Part shown: piece by piece, positions 40,404-49,229 of the stretch
Position numbering within the stretch: the stretch's first letter is position 1
Layout: each line of letters opens with the position of its first letter
Source of the DNA: Leptolyngbyaceae cyanobacterium
Lineage (GTDB): Bacteria; Cyanobacteriota; Cyanobacteriia; Phormidesmidales; Phormidesmidaceae
Length of the DNA: 49,229 nt
Assembly: GCA_050331235.1 (NCBI GenBank)
Contig: JBHJHA010000047.1
Coordinates: 1 to 49,229 of the forward strand
Direction: 5' to 3'
Made by a program: the position numbers and the translations under genes
Notes under the pieces: generated by a model
Told to the model about the DNA's origin: nothing
The model's database searches: none
Seen by the model: the letters and a program-made list of their open reading frames with translations, nothing else

Positions 40404-41008
40404 GGCTGATTGAGTTCCTCAAAAGCTTGGCGACAGCGCTGGCAATTGTCCGCCGCTAGGGGCTCTCCGCCAAACAGCGATCGCTCATGGGTGCGAATCA
40501 AGACTTGCAGGGGGCGTGGTTTGGCCAATGGTGGGATTGCCTGCAAGTACTCGCCATCAGTACGACTCAGTTGATGGGGCAGCCAGTCGCGATCGTGCAG
40601 GAGCTGCAAAGCCGCTAGATAGAGGGCACGGCAGGCTTCGCGCCAGTTCCCAGCACGCTCAAATTGCTGAGCTTGCTTGAGCCAAGCGGCCACACTGTAC
40701 GTCTCCGGCGGGACAATGAGCGCCTTCTGAGGGGCTGGAGAACGTGCCGACCGACGAACAAGATACGCTTCGATGACTTGAACGATGACCCAGGTTAGCC
40801 AAATCACCCCACCAATGAGGAGACAACCAAACACAAAATTGCCCAACCAAGGCGGAAACTCGAAGGTGGGTAGGGGAGCCGGGTCGCCGCTGTTGCCTCG
40901 AGCGAGCTGTAGCTGAATCCATTCCGAGATATTTTTGCCCGTTTGTCGCAGTTGCCAAGACAGGCTATTCGTTTGCAAAGAGGCATCCATTCCGGCCAAA
41001 GGGTCCAT
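40400..41008 (-). CDS. DUF4129-family membrane protein
   Basis: TM helix, then GNWREACRALYLAAL..SRTDGEY..HERSLFG; 4-nt overlap with the next gene. Confidence 0.8.
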   Translation of the reverse strand: MDPLAGMDASLQTNSLSWQLRQTGKNISEWIQLQLARGNSGDPAPLPTFEFPPWLGNFVFGCLLIGGVIWLTWVIVQVIEAYLVRRSARSPAPQKALIVPPETYSVAAWLKQAQQFERAGNWREACRALYLAALQLLHDRDWLPHQLSRTDGEYLQAIPPLAKPRPLQVLIRTHERSLFGGEPLAADNCQRCRQAFEELNQP

Positions 41009-41196
41009 GGAGAATCTTTTCTAATGTACTCAACGAACTCAGCGATCGCTCAGCACAACTGAGGAATTCGACCGGCAACCATGACCAAGCTCCCGCCCTC
41101 AACATTGAAGTCAGACATCACTTCTCGTTCGGACATTACCCCGCTCGGTCCCGGGGGGTGTGGACTACGCTAGAAACGTGGCAAGAGGGCAGTGGC

Positions 41197-41628
41197 GTGT
41201 TTTCACAAGGACCCAATTATTATCAAATCAATTTCTCTGGGCTAGGGTGCTGGCTTACGGTCATCGCGATCGCCTGGTTGCTTGGCGCGATCGGCCTCGG
41301 TTGGGTGGTGAAATCAATTGCGGTTTTATTCGTGCTAATTTTGCTGGCACCAGTACTAGGATTCATTGGCTTTCGCTGGTGGCTCAAACGCAACCTCATC
41401 GAGGGTAACTGTCCCGTTTGCGAGGTCCCTCTAACAGGCATCAACAACATCCAAACTGTTTGTCCTAACTGCCGCACTCAGCTCAAGGTCAGCCGCGATG
41501 GCTTTGTCCGCTTCACTCCAGAGGGCACCGTTGAGGTCAACGCAGTGGATGTGACCAGCGGCCGCTCTAGCACATCGGACGAGGCGGTGGATGTCACCGT
41601 CGAAGTGCTGCCGCCATCGGAAGATTAG
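41197..41628 (+). CDS. Hypothetical membrane protein with zinc ribbon
   Basis: Two hydrophobic helices, then CPVC and CPNC. GTG 41197 with GAGGG upstream (alternative 41158). Confidence 0.75.
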   Translation: MFSQGPNYYQINFSGLGCWLTVIAIAWLLGAIGLGWVVKSIAVLFVLILLAPVLGFIGFRWWLKRNLIEGNCPVCEVPLTGINNIQTVCPNCRTQLKVSRDGFVRFTPEGTVEVNAVDVTSGRSSTSDEAVDVTVEVLPPSED

Positions 41629-42389
41629 GACTGTCCCACCCGGCTAATCGCCCATCCTCTGGGTGTAACATTCAGCAATAATCGCCAATGGTTGCTCAAA
41701 GTTAGGCTCCGCCTGAGATTACCCGTGAGCTAGCCGTAGGCTCAACTTCACAGTCTATTCAGGGACCCCTCAGTCCTCTACTATCGGTATAGACGCCCCT
41801 GGTCTGCAGCCTCGATTGATCTCTACTCGGACTAGCGCTCTCAGTACCGTTCTGGATACTGCGAACCTTTTAGTCTGCGGTGCAGCGATCGCCGGCTCCC
41901 TCGGCATCAGAGGCTTCCCATCAACTTTCTGATGCTAACTAAGTTCCGGCTTTACTCAGCTTTTACTCTTTTCGGCGGTTTCTCGTCCTGAGCATCATGC
42001 GCTTACCATCTAGACAGCGGCTGACCACACTGCTAGCCACCGAACCGCACCGACTACAGACCCGCCCCGACAATCGTCTCCCCCCTGGACAACAGACCCC
42101 GATTTCCAGAGAGCAGCGCAAGCACCATCGCACCAACCGCAAGCGACACCGCCTGCATTTAGTCCAGAGGCTATAGTGCTACTGCTGGTCGCTGGCGAAA
42201 TTGCGCCAGATATCACCTCAGCCGCCCAACCTCACCGACGGCATCAATCGCGATCGCGTCGATTGATCAGCGTGCTTGCCAACAGCGCTCCAGCATCCGC
42301 CCACTACGCGAGTGTTGTTGATTTCACAGCAACGCACTAGCGTAGGAGCACAGGTTTGTGTGACCACCGACTCCCCGACTTTGACGCCC

Positions 42390-43469
42390 ATGATTGACCT
42401 CCGTAGCGATACGATCACACAGCCCACACCCGAGATGCGTCAGGCGATCGCCCAGGCTCCCGTCGGCGATGACGTACTCGGCGATGACCCTACCGTGCGG
42501 GAGCTTGAAGAAACCGTTGCGGATCTCTTGGACAAGCCCGCTGCAGTTTACATGCCGTCGGGTACCATGACTAACCAAGTTGCCCTCCGCACCCATACGG
42601 AGCCAGGGGATGAAATTATTCTTGAGAGCCAAGCTCACATTTACTTTTATGAGGCGGGGGGACCGGCGGCGCTCTCTGGCGTCATGTGCAAACTCATTGA
42701 GGGCGATCGCGGCATTTTCACAGCGGCGGCCCTGCAGCAGGCACTACGCCCTTGGAATGAGCACTACCCCCGCACTAAGTTAGTGTGCCTGGAAAACACC
42801 CACAATCGCGGCGGCGGCAGCATTTTTCCCCTTGCGGAAATTCACGCGATCGCCCAAGTCTGCCAGGGCAATGACCTGCAGCTTCATCTCGACGGGGCCC
42901 GATTTTGGAATGCTTGTGCCGCAACGGGCATCGCCGAGGCTGACTATGCGGCCCCCTTTGACACCGTTAGTGTTTGCTTTTCCAAGGGCTTGGGAGCACC
43001 GGTGGGCTCGGCCCTTGTCGGCTCCACAGAGCTCATGCAGCGGGCGCGGCGGTTTCGCAAAATGTTTGGCGGCGGCATGCGCCAAGCTGGCATCATCGCC
43101 GCCGGGGCCCTCTATGCCATACAGCACCACCGCGATCGCCTAGTTGACGACCATGCCAATGCCCAGCGGCTCGCCGTTGGGATACAGCAGATCGAGGGAC
43201 TCACAGTGGAGCTCGACCGGGTAGAAACCAACCTGATCTACTTTCACACGGCCCCTGACCTACCCGCCATAGATCTAGCCGCAGCACTAGCTAAGCAGGG
43301 AGTCGGAGTCTTGCCCACGGGTCTCCATACGCTGCGAGCAGTCACGAACCTGATGGTGGATGCCGCCGATATTGACACCGCCCTGAGCAAAATTGCCGAC
43401 GTTCTCCAAGGGCGATCGCAGTCCCGCGCCCACAGCGCTGCCAGCGTGACCGCAGCCTCACCCTACTGA
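42390..43469 (+). CDS. ltaE: Low-specificity L-threonine aldolase
   Basis: MIDLRSDT, GDDVLGDDPTV, SGTMTNQ, LENTHN, HLDGAR, CFSKGLGAPVGS (PLP lysine), GGGMRQAG. Confidence 0.93.
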   Translation: MIDLRSDTITQPTPEMRQAIAQAPVGDDVLGDDPTVRELEETVADLLDKPAAVYMPSGTMTNQVALRTHTEPGDEIILESQAHIYFYEAGGPAALSGVMCKLIEGDRGIFTAAALQQALRPWNEHYPRTKLVCLENTHNRGGGSIFPLAEIHAIAQVCQGNDLQLHLDGARFWNACAATGIAEADYAAPFDTVSVCFSKGLGAPVGSALVGSTELMQRARRFRKMFGGGMRQAGIIAAGALYAIQHHRDRLVDDHANAQRLAVGIQQIEGLTVELDRVETNLIYFHTAPDLPAIDLAAALAKQGVGVLPTGLHTLRAVTNLMVDAADIDTALSKIADVLQGRSQSRAHSAASVTAASPY

Positions 43470-43486
43470 GCCCAATCGAGACGCCG

Positions 43487-44284
43487 CTACAGCGCGTCAG
43501 GATCGATGCCGAGCGATCGCAAATGGGCTGCTAGCTTTTCGGCCCGCTGTTGAGACTGCTCGGCCTGTTGTCGAGCCTGCTCTGCACGCTGTTGGGCCTG
43601 CTCGGTCTGTTGTTGAGCTTGCTCGGCCTGTTGCTGGGCCTGCTGGGCCTGTTGTCGGGCTTGCTCCTCAGCCGTGGGCAACAGTCGACCATCGAGCTCC
43701 GTCCAGCGGAGCCACTGGGTTGTGACGCCTTTGTACGTGCCCTGCCAGCGCCCCAAGGCAAGCTGTAGCGATTGACTCACCAATTGCCCTTGTTCATTCA
43801 GCTGTAACGGCTGATAACGCCCCCCTTGAAGCTGAAAACCAGCCAATTCGTCGGGATTAAAGGGGTCAAACCAGAAGTACTCAGGAATATGGAGCTGATT
43901 TTGATAAATGTCGCGCTTTTCTCCTTTGTCATAGGCTCGTGTACTCGGAGACAGCAGCTCAATCACGACATCTGGAGTTTTGCCCTCTTCCCAACGGACC
44001 CAGCTCAGCCGCTCTCCCTTAGGAACACCCAAGGCCACAAAAAAATCGGGACCTTTAAAGTCCTGAATGTTGAGCTGTGACAGGCTGTAGTAAACAAACA
44101 TGTTGCCGCTGGTGTAGCCGTCATCGCGCCCTGCCAGCCACACTTCGGTCGTGTCGATAAGCAAATCCATCTGGACTTTGTGGCGCTGGGTCTCCATTGA
44201 CTCGCCATCGTCATAGGGCAGTTCATACTGGGTCGGCGGCATCGAGATGCCCAGTTCTGCCAGTTGTGCTGGGGTCATAGTCAT
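43487..44284 (-). CDS. Uma2 (DUF820) family putative endonuclease with Gln-rich coiled-coil tail
   Basis: GNMFVYY, GPDFFV, PDVVIELLSPST, IPEYFWFDP, WLRW, LRSLGIDPD. Confidence 0.9.
   Translation of the reverse strand: MTMTPAQLAELGISMPPTQYELPYDDGESMETQRHKVQMDLLIDTTEVWLAGRDDGYTSGNMFVYYSLSQLNIQDFKGPDFFVALGVPKGERLSWVRWEEGKTPDVVIELLSPSTRAYDKGEKRDIYQNQLHIPEYFWFDPFNPDELAGFQLQGGRYQPLQLNEQGQLVSQSLQLALGRWQGTYKGVTTQWLRWTELDGRLLPTAEEQARQQAQQAQQQAEQAQQQTEQAQQRAEQARQQAEQSQQRAEKLAAHLRSLGIDPDAL
43538..43666 (-). repeat. Degenerate 21-nt tandem repeat (about 6 units) encoding EQAQQQA heptads
   Basis: Protein tail EQARQQAQQAQQQAEQAQQQTEQAQQRAEQARQQAEQSQQRAE. Confidence 0.8.
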
Positions 44285-44370
44285 GTTGCTGCTTGCGCCA
44301 TTCCGACTGGCTACACTATAAACCGAAAACTAGATCAGACGAACTGCTGAACGCCCGCGATCGCTAGGCC

Positions 44371-45243
44371 CTATTGCGCTTGCATCCAGTCCAGGCATTT
44401 TTGCATTTGTTGGCGCATGGTCCCTTGATCCGCGTGAAAGCGCCGACCATGCCCCGGCAACACCCACTCAAAATCATAAACAGCCAGCTTTTTCATCGAC
44501 TTGACTAGCTCTGGCCAAGAGTACCAGCAAAAGTTGCGAAAGGCGTAAAGCTGATGCAGCCGCGCTGACCAGGCCAAGTGATCGCCGGTGAAGAGAAAGC
44601 GATCGCGATACCGCAGCACGGTATGACCGCGGGTGTGCCCTGGCACGGGAATGATTTGCATGTCCGGCGCGAAATGGATGGGCTCAGCGCCCTGGAGCGG
44701 GTGCTCAACCTCAGCGGTATCGGCGGTCATGTCGGCAGTGTGGAGCAGGCGATCGCAGCCAAAATGATCATGGAACCGCTGATGATCGGCCACATCATCA
44801 CGGTGAGTTAGATAGAGATATCGCACCCCACCCAGCGCTGTGAGCTGTTTGACCAGGGGCGCCGCAAATCGGGGCGAGTCTATCAAGATATTGCCCTCAG
44901 GTCGCTGAATGAAGTAGCTCGCCGCCCCGTAGGACTTGGGGGAATGGTAGCCACAGTGGTATACGTTCTCTGCGACCAACAGTGGCAAGCTCGCCTGCGC
45001 CGCCTTCATGTCTTGGGGGGGCGACACCGTCCCGATGGAGGCCGTAGGGCAAGCCAGCACCGCTTGTAGCGCAGCTCGACGCTCAGCCTCGGTGGTGGGC
45101 TGATGGTGGACGGCAGACAGGCCCCCTGCGCGGGTAAAGACCGCGGGCACCATCCACCGGCAGGTGTCGCAGTCAATGCAGGAGGTATCGACATACAGAT
45201 CGCCCGCCACGTTTTGGGGGCGGCGGTCTTGGAGATAAGCCAT
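44371..45243 (-). CDS. MBL-fold metallo-hydrolase with N-terminal ferredoxin-like domain
   Basis: CIDCDTC and ACP (Fe-S); LTHRDDVADH, PGHTRGH, FTGDH, LPGHG. Confidence 0.9.
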   Translation of the reverse strand: MAYLQDRRPQNVAGDLYVDTSCIDCDTCRWMVPAVFTRAGGLSAVHHQPTTEAERRAALQAVLACPTASIGTVSPPQDMKAAQASLPLLVAENVYHCGYHSPKSYGAASYFIQRPEGNILIDSPRFAAPLVKQLTALGGVRYLYLTHRDDVADHQRFHDHFGCDRLLHTADMTADTAEVEHPLQGAEPIHFAPDMQIIPVPGHTRGHTVLRYRDRFLFTGDHLAWSARLHQLYAFRNFCWYSWPELVKSMKKLAVYDFEWVLPGHGRRFHADQGTMRQQMQKCLDWMQAQ

Positions 45244-45330
45244 TGGCAAATATCAATGCAATACCTTGAGTCTAGCGCTGGTAGTTAGAGCTTGTAGGGC
45301 AGCATTCAATGTTTTGACCAGATGCCAGGT

Positions 45331-46214
45331 TTAAATCAGCCACCACAGCAACAGCGCGATCGCCAGCCCTAGCCAACCCCCAACTAACAGCTGCGATCGC
45401 CCTGCTAAGGGGCGTCGAGTCACCGCCGGTTGCGGCATCGCGGGCACCAAGGGGGCAGCCCCTAGCTCGCTCAGCTTGCGTTGAGCATCGTGACCGAAAA
45501 GTTCAAATTCTGTCCTTAACGCTAGATCAATCGCCTGACGCAGTGACCCGATGGCGGCGTCTTTTTGATCAGCCCATAGCTGAGCGTCAGCCAAAAAGTA
45601 AGTCAGATTGCGACATTGACTGTAGCGATCGCCAATGGCTTCGTATAACGACTGAGCTTGCACCGTCAATCTCAAAGCAGCCTGTGGGTCTTTACTCAGC
45701 TTACCAAGTTCTGTTATCACGTTGGCTTCTCCCAAGCGAGACCCCGTCGCTTAGGAGAGATCGAGCGCTGCGGCGTAGTAACCCAGCGCTTTTTCAAATT
45801 GACTTCTCACGCCATAGACGCGACCCAATCCTACGCCGCATCCGCCCGCTGTGTCTGAGAAAGGACCTCTGCGCAATCCAGCGCCTTGCGAAAATAGCGT
45901 TTGGCTTGGTCAAATTCCGCTAGGGCAAGGTAAAGTTCACCTAGCTCTAGCACTATCGCCGTTTCCCGCTCTGCCAGTGATCCGCAATGCGGTTCAGCTC
46001 CGAGGTCTTGCCACAGCCCACATGCCCAGTAAACAATAGGCTGTCACATTCCTCGGGCTCCAGCAGATCCAGCGCCGTATGAATGGCTAATGGCATCCTG
46101 TCGCGCGGCAAACGGCACGTAATAATCTTGCTGGTCGGGCGTCAGCGGCCTGACATCGCAAACACGGTAGGCTACTTTGAGGGTGCGGGCTTTAACAGTA
46201 GCCATAGTCGTCAT
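45331..46214 (-). pseudogene. Degraded chimeric pseudogene: 5' end of a P-loop ATPase gene joined to the 3' part of a TPR gene
   Basis: ATG 46214 MTTMATVKARTLKVAYRVCDVRPL..YYVPF; frameshift near 46090; LLFTGHVGCGKTSELNRI (Walker A 46027-46004); switch near 45970 to TPR ELGELYLALAEFDQAKRYFRKAL; frameshift near 45835; in-frame TAA 45753-45751; then GSRLGEANV..IGDRYSQ to the stop at 45331. Confidence 0.78.
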
Positions 46215-46315
46215 CCACCAGGAATGCCCTTATTAAACCGTATTCTTTGTGAATGCCGAACCTGTCTCTTATTGTTGCGACGCCAAGGCCCTTGGGCACT
46301 CGGTTTCCGCCCCAC

Positions 46316-47314
46316 TTAAAAGTGTTGAAAGCAGCTCTCCCAGGTTAGGGTGAGGTCCGGTTCATCACCCACATCATCTACCAGCAGCACCGCTGAGCCT
46401 ACCTCCACCGTGCCGATCATCGCCGCGCGATCGCCCAGTTTGACCAATAGCTCCAGCGCTAGGTCTGCAGACAAACACAGCACTAACTCAAAGTCTTCGC
46501 CGCCGTAGAGACACCAGTCAAGGGCCATTTTCTCCCCTACACATGAGCGCAGGGCGGGCGGCATCGGCAGCCGCGATCGCTGCAGGGTAGCCCCGACCCC
46601 ACTAGCCTGGCACAGCCACAGCACGGCATTCGCCAAGCCATCGCTGCTGTCCATGCCTGCCACCGTAGCAATATCAGCATCGGACCACGCCGCAAAATGA
46701 GCGACCACGTCCCCCCGTGGCACAGGCCGCTGATGGGCCTGGATAAAGCTTGCCGCCGCCTCTGACAGACCCTGCTGATGCGCAGGGGACCCTGACAGCA
46801 ACTCCAAACCAGCTCGAGAGCAGCCATGCCAACCAGTCGCCACAATCACCTGCCCCGGCTGCGCTCGATCGCGATAAATCCCCCGTTGCGGAGCCACCTG
46901 TCCCAGCGCTGTAATTGCCACCATGGGCTGGGGCGATCGCGTCAAATCTCCCCCGATAATCTGGCCGCCGTGGGTCTGCAAGCAAGCCGCCATGCCCTGG
47001 TAAACCTGCTCAATCCAGGCCACCGGCATTGACCCTGGCACTGCCAAACCGACTGTAACCCCCATTGGTGCGGCTCCCATCGCCGCCAAATCGGATAAAT
47101 TAGCCGCGATCGCCCGCCAGCCAATATCTTCGGGACTAGTGGTGCGATCGCTGAAGTGCACACCGTCCACGAGAACATCCGTCGTCACCACTGAGGCCAG
47201 GGCTGAGGGCGATAAGACTGCCGCGTCATCGCCCAACTGCCCCACCGCACAAAAAGGCTGGAGCCGCTTGAGCAGCTCCAGCTCACCAATCTCAGCCACC
47301 GTCGGCTGATCCAT
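46316..47314 (-). CDS. thiL: Thiamine-monophosphate kinase
   Basis: GDDAAV, TDVLVDGVHF, ANLSDLAAMG, GGDLT, MDSSDGL, YGGEDFELV. Confidence 0.95.
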   Translation of the reverse strand: MDQPTVAEIGELELLKRLQPFCAVGQLGDDAAVLSPSALASVVTTDVLVDGVHFSDRTTSPEDIGWRAIAANLSDLAAMGAAPMGVTVGLAVPGSMPVAWIEQVYQGMAACLQTHGGQIIGGDLTRSPQPMVAITALGQVAPQRGIYRDRAQPGQVIVATGWHGCSRAGLELLSGSPAHQQGLSEAAASFIQAHQRPVPRGDVVAHFAAWSDADIATVAGMDSSDGLANAVLWLCQASGVGATLQRSRLPMPPALRSCVGEKMALDWCLYGGEDFELVLCLSADLALELLVKLGDRAAMIGTVEVGSAVLLVDDVGDEPDLTLTWESCFQHF

Positions 47315-47326
47315 CGGGGTTACTCC

Positions 47327-48460
47327 TTACGTGGTTTGGGGTTCTACCAGGTTTTCAAGCCCCTCGACCACCCGGGCTTGGATGATGCGATCACCCTGGC
47401 TCAGTGCTTCTAGCAAGTCTTTATTTTCGACCACACAGCCAAATACCGAAAAACGACCGTCTAGCAGGTTGAGCCCTGCGGGAGTCATTTCCGGCTCAAA
47501 CAAAAAGAAGAAAAACTGGGAAGAGCCGCCGTTGACGTCATCCGCCGGGCGCGCAAAGCCCATCACCCCGTAGGCCGAAAATGGTAAGACTGGATCTTCT
47601 AAGTAGCGGCCCAATTCTTCCAGCGTCGCACCATATACCGGCACCTCATCACCCTTCACCAAAATCTCTAGGGGAACGGCCCGATACTCATCCGTTTCGG
47701 GGTCCACAAAGCCCACTTCCGGCCCTTCGGGATCGCCTGTCTGCAAAACGTAGTTATCTTCCGCGCGAATGAACGGCATGCCGTCATAAAAGCCCCGCTG
47801 CACCAAATCCACAAAATTGCCGACTGTCACCGGGGCAGAGTAGCCGTCAATCACCGCGGTCATGGTCCCTTTATTGGTTTCAAACTCGACCGTGGCTCGG
47901 CCCTTAAGCTGCGGCAAATCGCTGTACTCTTCGGGAACCTGGTAGGGAAAGTCGGTCACCATCATTTCCTCGATCGCCCCAACCTTCTCCAGCAGTTCGG
48001 CTCGCTTGATCCAGATGGACTCGCGATCGCGATCGTCTGCCCACACCAAAATCGGGGCCAACCCAGCGCGAATATCATTGAGGTACTCCGCCGCCAACTC
48101 CTGACGCGCCTCAGGCACGTCGGCCAAAATAGCGTTACGGCTACGACCCAGTCGTTTGGCAATCTTATTGACATCCCGCTTAATGGGGCCCCAGCGTTTG
48201 CTGCGCAACCATTCCGAGAGCCCTTCGAGGTCTTCTTGCACAATCCGGATGTCTTTATTGTCAATCGGCAAGGAATATCGCAACAGCGCTTTACCGTCGG
48301 TAATTGCATTACCCGGCGGCAAGTACGCGATAAAAGATGACGATAACGGTGCAGCCTGCGCTGTTATCGTGAGGCCCAAGACCGGCATCTCGGCTAGCAG
48401 ACCAATCCATATCACAGCACTGAGAACAAGGCAGGTGAGCCATCGATAAAGTAATTGCAT
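47327..48460 (-). CDS. Cyclophilin-type peptidyl-prolyl isomerase (CYP38/TLP40-like)
   Basis: Signal peptide, ALLRYSLPI, LPQLKGRATV, DGYSAPVT.GNFVDLV.RGFYDG, GSSQFFF, LDGRFSVFG. Confidence 0.9.
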   Translation of the reverse strand: MQLLYRWLTCLVLSAVIWIGLLAEMPVLGLTITAQAAPLSSSFIAYLPPGNAITDGKALLRYSLPIDNKDIRIVQEDLEGLSEWLRSKRWGPIKRDVNKIAKRLGRSRNAILADVPEARQELAAEYLNDIRAGLAPILVWADDRDRESIWIKRAELLEKVGAIEEMMVTDFPYQVPEEYSDLPQLKGRATVEFETNKGTMTAVIDGYSAPVTVGNFVDLVQRGFYDGMPFIRAEDNYVLQTGDPEGPEVGFVDPETDEYRAVPLEILVKGDEVPVYGATLEELGRYLEDPVLPFSAYGVMGFARPADDVNGGSSQFFFFLFEPEMTPAGLNLLDGRFSVFGCVVENKDLLEALSQGDRIIQARVVEGLENLVEPQTT

Positions 48461-48597
48461 GGGGAAGCTAACGCGTTACAGTAAGCAGACGCCTTAGATC
48501 TTGCCACAGCGTGGTCATCTCCAGAAGCATTCAAGAAAGTTGGCACTGAGCGGTAAAATGAGGTGCCGATAGTCAAGATCCACGGGTAGCCAGCGTT

Positions 48598-49155
48598 ATG
48601 ATTTCCAGCAACGACTTTCGTACGGGCGTCAGCATCGAACTGGAAGGATCAGTATGGCGGGTCGTTGAGTTCCTTCACGTCAAGCCAGGTAAGGGATCCG
48701 CGTTTGTTCGGACGAAGCTCAAAAACGTGCAAACGGGGAATACGGTCGAAAAAACGTTTCGCGCTGGGGAAACCGTTCCCCAGGCTAATTTAGAAAAGAA
48801 GGTGATGCAGCACACCTACCGGGATGGGGAAGACCTGGTCTTCATGGATATGGAGACTTACGAAGAGGTGCGCATGACCGAAGACCAGGTGGGCGATCGC
48901 GTGAAGTACCTGAAAGAAGAAATGGAAGTCAACGTGGTTCGCTGGAATGAACAGATTCTTGAGGTTGAGCTACCAACTTCGGTCGTCCTGGAAGTTACTG
49001 AAACGGATCCAGGCGTAAAGGGCGACACTGCCACAGGAGGGACGAAGCCCGCGATCGTGGAAACGGGAGCGCAGGTGATGGTACCGCTCTTTATCTCCAT
49101 CGGAGAGAGGATCAAAGTCGATACCCGCAACGATAGCTACCTGGGCCGAGAATAA
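48598..49155 (+). CDS. efp: Elongation factor P
   Basis: [36 protein letters not shown]. Confidence 0.98.
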   Translation: MISSNDFRTGVSIELEGSVWRVVEFLHVKPGKGSAFVRTKLKNVQTGNTVEKTFRAGETVPQANLEKKVMQHTYRDGEDLVFMDMETYEEVRMTEDQVGDRVKYLKEEMEVNVVRWNEQILEVELPTSVVLEVTETDPGVKGDTATGGTKPAIVETGAQVMVPLFISIGERIKVDTRNDSYLGRE

Positions 49156-49229
49156 TCCGCATTTCCAGAAAGATGTTGACTGGCGGGGAAAGCGCCGCCT
49201 TGATGGTAGGGAGTGCAATTAGTGGAACT

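Noticed and set aside
43538..43666. Periodic repeat that might suggest a CRISPR array
   Set aside because: In-frame coding heptads with no spacers; Gln-rich tails are common on Uma2 proteins.
49222..49229. GTG GAA CT after a GGGAG, possibly the start of accB, which commonly follows efp in cyanobacteria
   Set aside because: Only 8 nt lie inside the window; not supportable.

Overview
Chromosomal segment of a cyanobacterium, probably filamentous (dense HIP1 GCGATCGC octamers, cyanobacterial tmRNA tag ANNIVPFARKAAPVAA, Tic22, HpsE-like and FraH-like genes). Core genes include clpB, gloA, 2-Cys peroxiredoxin, ltaE, thiL, a cyclophilin, efp, cobT, a Crp-family regulator, tRNA-Pro(TGG) and ssrA. 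Notable items: (1) a ~2,880-aa soluble histidine kinase with ~18 PAS and 2 GAF domains; (2) five co-oriented genes in which two PspA/Vipp1 (ESCRT-III-like) hairpin proteins, one fused to an intact LRAT/PLAAT acyltransferase domain, bracket two FHA proteins behind a GspC/PilP-like membrane protein; (3) a 2,246-aa protein with an N-terminal coiled coil, a very long acidic low-complexity region carrying a 4x internal motif, and a C-terminal Hsp70/actin-fold domain; (4) a chimeric pseudogene joining a P-loop ATPase 5' end to a TPR gene 3' end; (5) a MerR-type operator with no divergent target gene. No CRISPR array, integrase or transposase is visible. All family calls come from motif recognition by eye, not database searches.
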